From Amoebophrya sp. A120 (taxonomy: Eukaryota > Protista > Dinoflagellata), in NCBI GenBank assembly GCA_905178155.1, contig CAJINV010000005.1, forward strand, positions 6,059,974 to 6,123,973: a DNA stretch of 64,000 bases. The letters run 5' to 3'. A program made the position numbers and the translations under genes. The notes beneath the pieces are model-generated. The model was not told the origin of the DNA and did not search any database. It was given only the letters and a program-made list of their open reading frames with translations. Below are positions 52,133 through 63,745 of the stretch, piece by piece (position 1 is the first letter of the stretch; every line of letters begins with the position of its first letter).

Positions 52133-54151
52133 TCACTGGCTGCTGTTCAACGCGTCGTACTCCTTTAGCAAATGATTCAACTTTTCGATGACCTCCAGCA
52201 CCCGGTGGAGCTTATCGAAATCGTAAATGTCATCCAAAATGTTGTGCAAGTCCCCCCGTTTTTTCGACAATTTCTTCCAATTTTCCTTCACTTCTTCGGA
52301 GTAGGATGGGCGAGTAGAGCTGTCGTGGGATGAGGGTGTAGCATGACAAGCTCCTGTGGCTGAAGACGCGGGCCCGCCATAGTTATCAACACGACGCGTT
52401 TTCAGGAATAAGTCCTCGCCGCTCCCAGAGCTGAGTTGCGGAGAGGAGATTGCTTCTTGTGGTGCGGAATAGGATGGGGTCGTCTGTTCGCGGAGGTCAG
52501 GATGCTGCTGGTGATGTTCTCCCACAGTCATGATCTGCGCAGCCGGCAACCCCTCGATCATCCGCTCTGCGGCTTTGGACGCAAGAACCGCACCGTCGCC
52601 AGAACAACTATCGACGAGCCCCAGTTGGTGAATCTCCTCCGCCGGTGAAAAGGAAACGTGCTTCTTGGCGTTTTTCGTGTTGTTTTTCGACTGACTAGAC
52701 CGCTTCTCGATCTTGTACCGGTTCTTTTCGAACAGACCAGCGGGACCTCCACCCGTCTTCGCTTTGCTTTCTCGCAGTTGTTGCTGGACCATCGCACTGC
52801 CACCAGCCATCATCCCCGTAGTTCCCGTTGCAGGAGTGTTGTGCATACTTGCATTTACCGCGATTGTTCTAGAGCTGGCCTGCAACTGGGATGTGGGAGA
52901 CCGTACGGCTGTCATTTGTGGCAAGTTGTCGCCAGTTTTTTGATTTTGCTGCTCCGCGTTGGCCACCAGCAAATGCGGTTTTTCCTGGTAAATTGCATCG
53001 TACCAGTCGTCCGGTGGAGTCATGATTTTCACCTTCTTGTTCGTGATGTTGCCAATAGAGGAAGAAGCTGCGGCGCCGGCGGAAGAAGTTCGTTCACGAC
53101 TTCCTGCCATGTTATCCGCACCTAAATCTGCTGCACCTCCACACATCACCGCCGCTCGCTTCTTGTTTTTCGGTGAGTTCACGATAATCATCGTGCTGTC
53201 GACGCTGTCGCTTTCTTCCTCTAGCGAAGAGGAGGACCCGGTTCTTGAGAAGACCTGACACAACTTGTCATGCGTTCTGGCAATCAAATCGTGGTCGGCA
53301 AAAGCCTGGTCGAAATTGCTGGTGCCCTGGGTCCTCGCCGCGAGGTCGACATTAGTGTCCTCGGAGGAAACAAAACTGGACGGACTCGACTCGATGGACT
53401 TGATGTTGCTGTTCTCGATTGCGCTGCTGATGTCGCCGCCGGCGCGATCCTGATCCAGTTGTGAAGTGGTAGAGTTGTAATTTTCATCAGCCTCATCCGC
53501 ATCTTCCTCGGCGTCCATGAGAATATCTTGTTCCTTCACCGGATTGTCCATCGGGTACAACTTGCACACCGGCAAGCATTATCAAATGCAAAAGTGTGGT
53601 CTGGGTCTGGAAGATTCTGAGACTCGTCATGCATGTTTTGTATGGCCCAGAATGTCTGTAATGCACGACCTAGCATCACAGATTTTTAGAGGGCTTCCTG
53701 ATGCCTATTCCGCATTACAAATGCCCTCTCCACGTAGCACAGTCTGGGCTCCTCTTCCTGTCATGCAATACAGATTTTTTTAGAGTCCAAGGTTAGCATC
53801 ACAAGTTCCAGCCTTCCAGACCCAGACATTTTTGCAATTCATAAGCACCCCACACACACCAAATGCCCCTCCCGGGACTTCACTAAAGGTACGGTGTTGG
53901 ACACGGGGCAGGTATCTTGTATGCTGTGCAAAAGTATCGTAGTACTCGTATGAATGCATTACAAATTTCCTCAGCATGAGAAATGAAATTTGTAATGCTG
54001 ATTTGCCGTAACAAAAAGATTTGTATATGCATGACTGCAATACGGGTACGATGCTTTTGCACAGGATATCTTGGAGGAGGCACCACCCCTTCAGCATGTA
54101 CTCGCCGAGCAGCTCGGAGGGCTGCTTTTGCTTGGTTTTGTTCTGCGACAT
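52133..54151 (-). CDS. SSSCA1/ZNRD2 (Auto_anti-p27) zinc-ribbon domain protein with long low-complexity tail
   Basis: Spliced SELLGEYMLKGWCLLQDTCPVSNTVPLVKSREGHLVCVGC after removing two introners. Confidence 0.75.
53580..53843. mobile_element. Introner family A
   Basis: TSD agcat/agcac; VGC|LPV. Confidence 0.9.
53920..54068. mobile_element. Introner family B
   Basis: TSD tcttg; LQD|TC. Confidence 0.93.
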
Positions 54152-55058
54152 TTTGTTAGGAAGGTTTTTGTTCCTTGTTTGGAGACTTGTTTTAGTATTT
54201 TCTAGAACTACACCAAGGGACGAGGTGAATCGATTCGGGTCGCACAACTCAAACTGTAGGTACGACTACTGGGATGTATCTGCTCGACTCGCGTGTGCTA
54301 CTTTCTTGAGGAAACCAATGCTAAATGCTTTTACGCAGGCTGTAGTTTGAAGGAAACTTTCTAGATCATGCAGCGACAGAATGGCTAGCTAGGGAACAAA
54401 GATGAAGTTGTATACTTGAAAAAACGTCTCGCTGTAATTCTTGTCTTTTTCTCTGCTGAGTCTCTGTAGGAACTGAAACAAACTGTTGAATACGCGGGTT
54501 GAGCGAAAACCAGTCTTGAATTGAATTCACTTGTTTTTCGTCGGCTCTGATCTTTTGGCTCTATCCCAGCTCGTCTGGAGGAAATTTTTCAACATCGTGA
54601 AAAAATAGATGATTTGTGGTTTACATTTCGGTTGTATGGAGCGGAGATTTTGTTTCTATTCTTTTTCTTGAACATCAAAGGCCTGCCGCAGCACTCTATT
54701 GGAATCAAAACCTTTGCGGCCGTCAATCCGTGTTGGACTTGGATCTTTCTTATTTTCGTCTGTTTTTCTTTTTTTCTTGGAATTTAGTTCTGATCAGCAG
54801 GGGATTCTTCCCTACCCACTGCACTGACGCATTTCGTCATTGTCTTTCGCTTTCGTCATTATAGGTCGTTCTCGTTCGTTTTTGTTTCTTTGAGGTTAGT
54901 TTCAGGAAGTGGTGGACCTGACCAGCTTCATCAACACCATATAGAGTCAATTCCTCTCGACCTATTGGTACATTTGGAAAAACAGAAGGTCGCAGGATGC
55001 TGTCGACGTGGTCTTTCTGTGTACAGCAACAGTGCGTTCGACACTAACTTTTCGCATC

Positions 55059-57491
55059 TCACCCCTTAACCACCGCGACTGGCCTCAACTTGATCACTTT
55101 TTTACTCAACCCGGCTTCGTGGCAGGTGTTTACCACTTCGGTGACGTCCTTGTAACTTTCCGGTGCTTCCTCCATGATTAACTTCGGTGATGCGACCCGG
55201 ACGGAAATATTTTGGCTTTCCAGCCTTTTCAACACGTCCCCGTAATCGAGTTTGTTCCTGGAAACGTTCCGGGACAGCGCCCGGCCCGCGCCGTGGCAGG
55301 TCGACCCAAAGGTGTTTTTCATCCCGTGTTCCGTCCCGACCAAAACGTAGTATGAATTGCAAAAGGATCGCACTCGTAGTAATCGTAGTCATGCACCATG
55401 ACAAATCTCCATCCCAAGGTAAAACAGCATGACAGATTTCATTTATTGTCATGCTGAGCTAATTTGTGATGCAATTTACTACTAGTGCGGTACTTTTGCA
55501 ATGCATACGTAGCTATTCGTGCCCATCGTGCCCCCGATTAGCACCGGTTGCCCGATTAGCTGGTAATCCACTGGGATGAGCGGGTGGTGCGGCGGGAACG
55601 CACGGGTAGAGCCTTTTCTGTGGACGAGTAGTGTTTTCAGCTCGTTCTCCACAAAGTGTTCCTCTATTTTCGCGATGTTGTGGCTGACGTCGTAAATGAC
55701 GTGCATATCGAGTTCCTCCGGTGATTTCCCGAACGTCTTCGCGTATCCTGTGCAAAAGTGTCGCACTCGCATGAACAATTGCAGCCATGCATGACAAAAC
55801 TAAGTCTCTACCTTATCCCGCATTACAAACTCCATTTCTCCTTGCGAAATAAATTTGTAATGCGATTTATACTAGTACGATACTTTTGCAATACATATCG
55901 CGAACGCCTGTCTTGCCAGGAATGTCATACTGGAGCGGTTCACCCACGCGTAATTCGCCGCGGCTGCCATCGCGTTTAGATAATTCTGCCCCTCGTTGGA
56001 GTTTATCCTGGCGCACGCTAGCTGGCGGTCGTTGGTTTTGATGTTGTATCAAATGCAAATATGTCTGGGCCTGGAAGGGTCGGGGCTTGTCATGCACATT
56101 TTGCTTGACCCGTGAGGCTGAGGTCTGTGATGCTGGTGCTAGTAGCATCACAGATTTTTTGAGAGCTTCTTGATCTTGATGCTAATTACGCATGAGAAAT
56201 GCCCTCGTCTCCGCGTATCAAGAGCTGCCTCCGCGTCCGCCTCTTGCTGCTCATGCAACACAGATATTTTTAGAATCCGCAGACAGCATTACAAGTTCCA
56301 CTCTTCCAGACCCAGACATCATGTTTGCAATCCATATGTTGTCCCGATCCATCGCCCTCTCCATCTCGACCAGCGCGTCTGTCGCAACCTGGTGGCCCAA
56401 ACCGCGGGACCCGGAGTGAATCATGATGCACACTTGCCCGACGGTGTTGATGCCCATTTTTTTCGCGGCAAACTCGTCGAATATTTCCTCCACGACCTGA
56501 TGCGGAGGTGTTCTTGGAGATGAGTTTGTCATGCGAAGCACCGCAAGAAAAGTAGCATTTCTCATGCCAAAACAAAATCATAAGCACAATGACAACTTCC
56601 TATACCTGTATCTCCGCATAGTGATTTCCGGCGCCCAGTGTCCCCAGCTGTGGCAGTCCCCTTTTCTTCGCCCTCGCGGACACTTTCGACGGATCGGCGT
56701 TTAGCATGCGCCCGTACTCTTCACAATGCTCCTTATCCTCGGGCCACGCGTATCCCTCTCGCAACGACCAGTCGATCCCTAGCTGTAGTGCGTCTTCCAA
56801 GTCTTTCTCTTTAATCGGTATTATCCCCAGAGACCCGACACCGACCGGGATGTGATCGAAAAGCGCCTGGGTGAGGGACTCCTTCACCGGTTTGATGTCG
56901 GATTCTAAAAGGTTCGTCCGTACTAGCCGGACTCCGCAGTTGATATCGAACCCAACGCCCCCGGGAGAGACTACCGCATCCTCGTTTCCCATATCAAACG
57001 CGGCCACGTTGCCAATCGCGAAACCGTAGCCCGCATGGACATCGGGGAGACCGATGGAGTGGCGGACTATGCCCGGAAGGGAGGCTACGTTGCCGATCTG
57101 CTTCACGGCGGGGAGGAATCTGTATTTGATGGCCGAGTTTGAAACTCGTGCAGACAATAGACAATCTTTGTAATCGACTACATTGCAAAAGGAATACGCT
57201 TCATCTTCATCATCATGCGTGAGCATCATCATGTATCAAGAGATAGAGATGTTGATCAAAAAGTCGTTGTAGCAAAAAGTACCCTCCCTGCGTTCCGTGG
57301 TCCCTTTGTCTGCTGTAGTTGGAAAGTTCGGTGAAAATTAATTTTTCCAAAGACTTGTTAACGTAGAGCACTCCGGGCACGTTCATGTTCGGCGCGAAAC
57401 CCTTTTTGATTTCATATCGCGTGTTGGATTTCCGATCCAGGAATTCGCACTCCTGTTCGTACGTCCGCTTTTTCACCACTGCGGCGGACAT
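55059..57491 (-). CDS. RTCB: RNA-splicing ligase RtcB
   Basis: [46 protein letters not shown] and STCHGAGR are all present. Three introners and two GT-AG introns. Confidence 0.97.
55351..55507. mobile_element. Introner family B in RtcB
   Basis: TSD cgtag; NSY|VLV. Confidence 0.95.
55744..55897. mobile_element. Introner family B in RtcB
   Basis: TSD tcgcg; AFA|KTF. Confidence 0.95.
56047..56336. mobile_element. Introner family A in RtcB
   Basis: TSD tgttg; RDN|IKTNDR. Confidence 0.95.
56497..56605 (-). other. GT-AG intron (109 nt) in RtcB
   Basis: gtatag...cag; EIQ|VVEE. Confidence 0.9.
57120..57282 (-). other. GT-AG intron (163 nt) in RtcB
   Basis: gtactt...atacag; QGG|FLP. Confidence 0.9.
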
Positions 57492-59454
57492 GTTGTTTGT
57501 TTTTTTACCTTGGAGGATCTACAGTTGTGGGTCGGTAGCAGATGAGGAAACCCAAGGCCGCGGCCCAGGCGAGAGGACGAGAGCGGATTTCACTTTTTGC
57601 TGAAACACAAAATGGTTGGGGGCTCACCTTTCGCTACAAGAAGTTGTACACGACTGCTGATTCAGCACTCAGTACTTTTAGCTCGGACGGGCATGATCGA
57701 CGTAGAGCATGCTAAAACTTGCACCGCGCGGTCGCCCGAGACAGCCAAGGAGCTCCAAAGTTGTTTTCCTCATCACGGTTGCGGTTGGGGTGCTGGAAGT
57801 GTAGAAGCAGACGAAGGCGAGGCATGTTTCATTCGTTTTGGCGGGTTGGGCAGCTTTTCTCCAGCGAGTTGGACTTCATCGACGAGGGAAAGGTGAAACT
57901 ACAATGGATGAAGTTATTAACCACAACCGCTAGCTCGATTTCTAGTACACGAAAAATTTTATAAAAATTTGAGGAAATGGGCACCAGGGACGGCGGCCTT
58001 CTAAAGCGAAAAGAAATCTTCACTTCAAACACAGGGGGTCAGGGAGATATGATTACTCGAGAGGGGGGCGGGGGAGGTCATCTTCGTTTCTGTGAAAAGC
58101 AAGTTAATGAATTTCACATGACATTGACCACATGCTAGGCGGTTTTTGCAAAAAAAAGATCTTCTATCTTCGGGCTCTTTCTTCAAAACGAACCTGGTGT
58201 AGATACTATCGGAGCTGCTATCGAAGAGCCCACTAACAGTAACAGATCGATGAGAGAGAGAGAGAGATGTAGTTGATCCTCCAATAAAGATCTAGTTCCG
58301 GCGCCGGCTTTCGAAAATGTGGGCGGCGAAGGTTTATCACGTCTTTTTTCGAGAAGCTCCACCTCGCGCGTCAGCATCGCGCTGTTCATCGCATCATGCT
58401 GGCGTTTTTCTTTTTTCTCTTACTAGGAAGTACGATGAAAGAAGAACACGCTTTCTTTAGCTCGCTTTGCGTAGCCGTTCATAGGGCGACCGTCAATTTT
58501 GTCGTGTCTCGCCTCGTCATGCGGGTGCGACCATGCCCGCATTTCCTACTTTTCTATTGCATCGTGGTACAGATAAGTGACGAAAAATCTGAAGAATTGA
58601 TTCTCGTACTGGTGGTTCTCATATCTACTTCTACTGCAAGAGTGTTTCTTGTCTCGCTTTTCGTGAATGGCGGGATTCGCCACTGAAAAGCAAGTTTGTC
58701 TTTCGGTCATGAAGAGCAATGTACTTTTGCAGCTTGACTTTGAAATTGAATTTCCGTAAAATAGCCACGAAGAAAGGAACGAAAAAAAGAAAATGAGGTG
58801 CAGTAGAAAAAGAAGTAATACTGCTTCGTAAAATATTGACTCGCCACGTTGTCCATTTACACGTCAATCAGTCCGATCCTGGCACGCGCTGTGTTGACGA
58901 CGCCCTGAACTTCGGCGTCTTCTTCTACGTCGCCGGCTGCGTTTGCCGCGCACACGTCTTTCAACCCTTCATACAATGCATTCACCTCCTCATCCTCTTG
59001 CAAAGAAAAGGCCCTTTTACTGTCGATAGTTATTTTTTCTCTATCTCCCGTGAGATACAGGTCGTATTTTTTGCCATCTTCCTCGACAATCCAATTCGGG
59101 ACACATGCGGCTTCCTCCTCGTACCACTGACAGATCCGCCCAACGGAGAAATAGTACTTGAAGATCAGGTATAAGAGTGCACAACTAGTAGTAAGAATTT
59201 ATTTTTCCACTGCTTGTTCTCATGCATGCATGACCAGCATGACAGACCACGCAGCCTGTAGTTCTTTGCGCTTTGATCAAAAAGTTGTTTACAACACAAG
59301 CGATTCTTTTGTCCTCTTGAGCAGAATGCGACAAATTATTGTTGGTGCAGTGCTATCAATACTTCTCGGTCCGCCAAGAACCAGGGCGCGCTCGACTACT
59401 TGCGCGTTTGCATGCTCCCGAAATGTAGTTGAGCTGCAACATCACAGAGGACTT

Positions 59455-62400
59455 CTAACACTTCTCCGTACTAGTTGTGCACTCGGATATATCGCTCGGA
59501 CGTCGTTCCTCGTCGCTGCCACTCCCAAGATACTTCGGACGAACTTTATCTTCCATACAGGCATCCGCATCTTCAGCTTCACCGGTTCTGCTACCGATAT
59601 CACCGCAGACGGTGCGCACGTACAAATCTACCTTCACCTTTTGCGCCTTGCACAGCCCCGTCTTGCACATGCCTTGACTGTCACTTTCGTAGTCCAAAAA
59701 CCCGGACTCGTAGCACGCCTCCGCCACGATCTCTCGCACTTCTGGGGTTCTACTTGGTTCTTCTTCGGAGCCAGGTTCTTGTTCTTCCAGCCCGACGGGG
59801 ACAGCGAGGCAAAATTTGAGCAGCTGCATCCACAAGGACTGGACTCCCGCTAAACCGCCGCTTTCATCCAAAGGCGGCCAGGTTCTTTTGGTTTCTCCTT
59901 CACCTTCCGATTGTGAACCACGGTAGTTCCACGCGGGCTGACAAGAAGGAGAAGTCGTCGCATCAGCAGCAGATGCTATTGCGCCGTTGTCCCCCTTTTT
60001 CTTAGAACGGTCATAATTGGTCGTCTTTGTATCGCCGTTTTTTATCGCTTGAAGATCATCGTCGGTCTCGGTGGTGGTTGCAGGAGCATAATTATCCACT
60101 CTGTTATTTGTACACACTTTGATAATTGGTTCTGCTCCATCATGTTCTTCATCAGTAAAGCGTGAAAGTCCGGGGGATAGAAACTTACGGCTCTGCCCGT
60201 GCACTGTTCGAGGTTTTCCTCTGCTTTCTCGCCTGATTTCTCGTTCTCGCGTATCTGCAGTGTCGTACACAAAGCGACGGCGTAGTGTTCGATCTTTTCT
60301 CGTTCCTCCTATGCATTGCAAATACTATCACGACGTCTGGGTGTTGGTCTGGAAGCAGAGTTGTGCCAATCATCTCTGATGCGGATTCTGAAAGTTGTAG
60401 AGACGATGTTGCTAATCAGTGTTGCATAGTCTGTCAGCAGCAGTAGATGCGCGATATTTTCCCCCAGGAAAAGGGGGCATTGTTTCTCTTTATCATGCGG
60501 ACTACAGCCAGGCATGGAACCACAAGGGACCGCTCCTCAGAATTTTTCATGCCCTCTGTGCATTCCAGAAGATGTTGATCTTCGCGCAGGAGCAGATGCG
60601 AAAACTGCATGGCAAATACTGTAGTTTTCTTCCTTCCAGAGCGGACCCAGAAACGTCGTATTGGTGCATTTGATACCGCCTGGCCCGGCGCGGTCGTGGT
60701 GGTCGTAGTGGTCGTATCCATGATCCGCATCTCCTCGGTAATGGAATACCCCTGCGTCCAGATGTAAGACTGATCACACCCACCCCCATTTCCGCAGCAC
60801 AAGTGACTATCTGCGCCCAACCGCGGTAGGAAGAGCTCGTCTATCAAATGCAAATATGTCTCGGTTTGGAAACTTGTAATGCTGAGTTGTGAATTATAGT
60901 GAATTCTCTGTAAAAATGCACAGCCAAGCATGAGAAATATTTGCGCGACTTGGTGTTGCGCTTCCGCTTTCCACATGACAAACTGCTTTTTGCATGACAA
61001 GCAAAAGGGTCTCTTCTTGGACACGCATGACAAACTCTTCAGTCATGCCAGACAAGCATGACAAACATTCCATCCTTCCAGACCCAGACATATTTGCAAT
61101 GCATATCGTCGATGGTGCACAGTCGGCGCCCCATCCAAGCGCAAGTGTCGATCGCCTCCTCGTAGGTGACTTTCTTCTATCCTGAGTAAAAACGTCCCCA
61201 CACCAAAGTTGTCATGCAAATGTGCAATGACAGGAACATTTGTAATGCGCATCGCCAGGAGAGGCATTTTTAGTCGTGTTTTGGAATTTGTAATGTTGTA
61301 AACAGGATCAGAAGATGGATTTCTGATGCAGCTGGCCTTGCGAACCTGCACTACACTACGGACTGCAACTTGTGAATCGTGACCCCCAAAAGTTCTAGGT
61401 TTGTGTTGCAAAATCCCCATCTTGACTCTGGTGGGGGGATGTTTTTACTCAGGATATCTTCCCACCTTTCTTGTTGCAGGCTGCCCCAAGCTTGCAGTCC
61501 ACGTTTTTGTTTTCATCTTGATACGTTGTACCGCCCTCCGACACGTGCGGCCAGGAGGGCCCAGCAAGCGGGAGGCCACGGCCGATGGCTGCCTCGACGT
61601 CGTCCTTGTTTCCGCAACACCGCACCCCGTGCTTGGCACCTCGGTCGACTTCTTTCGGCGGGCGCAACCCGGTTGCGGTTTCCGTAGCCGCTTTGCTGCA
61701 GGGCCGGACGACGTAGGCTTTATTTGCACCGGAACTCGTCGGGGGCCCCACGGGGGCGCCCAGGTAACCAGAGGTCCACACTTTATGGCCATCGCAGCCG
61801 TCTGCGATATGAAAAGGAAAAGTGGCGATGCACCCTGAATACAAGAACTACATCAAAGAGTTTGCTTGGGAAGCGTTCTCAGTAGACCAGCATGGGAACG
61901 CTTGGCATTTTTTCATGATCGCACTTTTGCAAATCCAATAACCCACATTTATTGTAACTTCAACATTTTGATAGTGACAGATAGCGCTTATAGCACGGCG
62001 TTCCTTTGTAGCACAGACAATCGGCATATAACACACGGGCAGCCGCAGCGGGAACAATAAAGAACTTTGCATTACAAACATTAACATTATGATTTCTCTA
62101 TAATTCTGGGCCAAGTACTAGTAGAGGCAGCACAACTTGTCAATATGATACTCAAGGCCACAACACATGAACGCCGTTCCCTCACGCGCGCGTGGCAGGT
62201 GCAGCTCCTCTACGGAGCACACCCGACGGCCCAAGTTCGCGCACGCGGTGACAGCCTCGCCCCAGTCCACCGTGTTTTCGTCGCACTTCGCACCCGCCAT
62301 GCAGTCGCGTTTCTCATCCGGGGATGTGAAGGGGTTGTTGGGAAACCCGTGCTGCCTGGCCAGCGGAAGCAGGTCAAGAACACTGTCGTCGCCACAGCAG

Positions 62401-63745
62401 CGCACGCCGTACTTCCTTCCCGGCACCTCCGTGCGAACCTTCTCCGGTGCCGTGTATGTAAAGTCGTCAGCGCCGGTGCATGCGTCGGTAACGTACGTAA
62501 ACTCCGGCCACTCTGTGGTTGTCGTGGTGGTCGTGGTGGAAACGAGAACGCACTCGAAATCGCGAAACTGTTTTGCGTAGTCATTACCCTTGAGCTTTCC
62601 ATCTGCAGTCGGGTACTGAACTTGTTGTGTAGAACCGCCCAGCGCCTTTACGTGGCTGCAGTAGTGATCAGAGTCGTAGTCGTTCCCCTTCTTGCAACAC
62701 GCCCCAGTCAAGCCCCCATCGTCGGGACAGTGGTCGCACAAGCCGGCCTCCGTGCACTTGCCCGATGATCCCTTACAGGACTCAAAGGTCTCGACCCATT
62801 TTGGCACCGCCACGCAGGCGTGGTAGTCGTCGTAAGGGGAATTCCAGTACGCATTGGAGATAAAGCTTTTTTCGTCGCGTGGTCCTTGCAAAGCGGACAA
62901 AATGCGGCACTCCCGCGGGTCACTATCGGCCCAAGTGGCCGAGTTTTTCTGCCACATACAACACGCACCTTTGTAATTTTCGTGATCGGGACCGGCCGTG
63001 ATCTTGCACGCGTTCTCGCACCACCCAGCTGCCTGATCACAACTATGCAATACAAATTTTCCGTACATGTACAAGATGCATCACAAATTTCACCAATTTG
63101 GAGTGCTGTGACACTTGTCATGCTAAACTAGAATCGGAGTCAACTTTTGTCATGCAGAAACAGCATTTGTACGTGTACGGGAAATTTACTGTGGATAACA
63201 ACCGTCCCAGCACTCCAACGGCCCGTTGAACATAGCGCCCGTTTTCAACTTCAGGGTGAGCTTCTTGCTGTCAACAGTGCCACCATCCACATCCCGGACC
63301 GTTTGCCCAGACGAGACGAAAGTTGTAGTGGTAGTGGTCGTTGTAGTAGTGGTTGTTGTAGTGGTTGTAGTCGTGGTTGTCGTGGTGCTGGTTGTTGTCG
63401 TAACGGCCGTCGATGAAGATGTAGCTGTGCTTAGTTCATCATCTGCGTCATTGTCTCCGTCTGCCTGTTCCTCCAAGGCGGCCTTTTTGCGCAGCGCGGC
63501 AAAATCCACAACAACAGTTGGGGATAAACTACTAGTGCCGCTTCCGCCGCCTCCAGAAGTATTATTTGCACCAGTAACAACTCCCGACTCCACGGGCGCG
63601 GGTAGAATCGCGGGCGGGGCACCATCGGAGGACGGTGGAGGTGGATCTACCGCTGAGTCATCTTCTAGGAGGTGGCTGTCCTCCTCGTCGGGGCCACATT
63701 CTAGTAGAGCGGAGGAGCTGGAAGGAGTTGTACTTGTAGTTTTCA
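59455..63745 (-). CDS. Cys-rich, Thr-rich (mucin-like) probably extracellular protein; 5' end outside the window, some junctions unresolved
   Basis: Two VRCC...EA..C...GRR.C..EL...CCG repeats and poly-Thr tracts. Four complete introners restore the frame. Confidence 0.65.
60310..60675. mobile_element. Diverged family A introner
   Basis: TSD cctcc/ccgcc; GQA|EREK. Confidence 0.8.
60842..61105. mobile_element. Introner family A
   Basis: TSD tcgtc; TIDE|LF. Confidence 0.92.
61178..61456. mobile_element. Introner family K
   Basis: TIR tatcctgagtaaaaac.tcccc.cacca; TSD tcttc; GGK|KVT. Confidence 0.92.
63044..63197. mobile_element. Introner family E
   Basis: TSD acaac; DGC|DQ. Confidence 0.92.

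Noticed and set aside
55059-57491. RtcB and other genes as transposon-disrupted pseudogenes
   Set aside because: Reconstructed RtcB exons have no stops or frameshifts and keep the catalytic motifs.
63320-63400. (GTN)n microsatellite
   Set aside because: Encodes the poly-Thr tract of the mucin-like protein.
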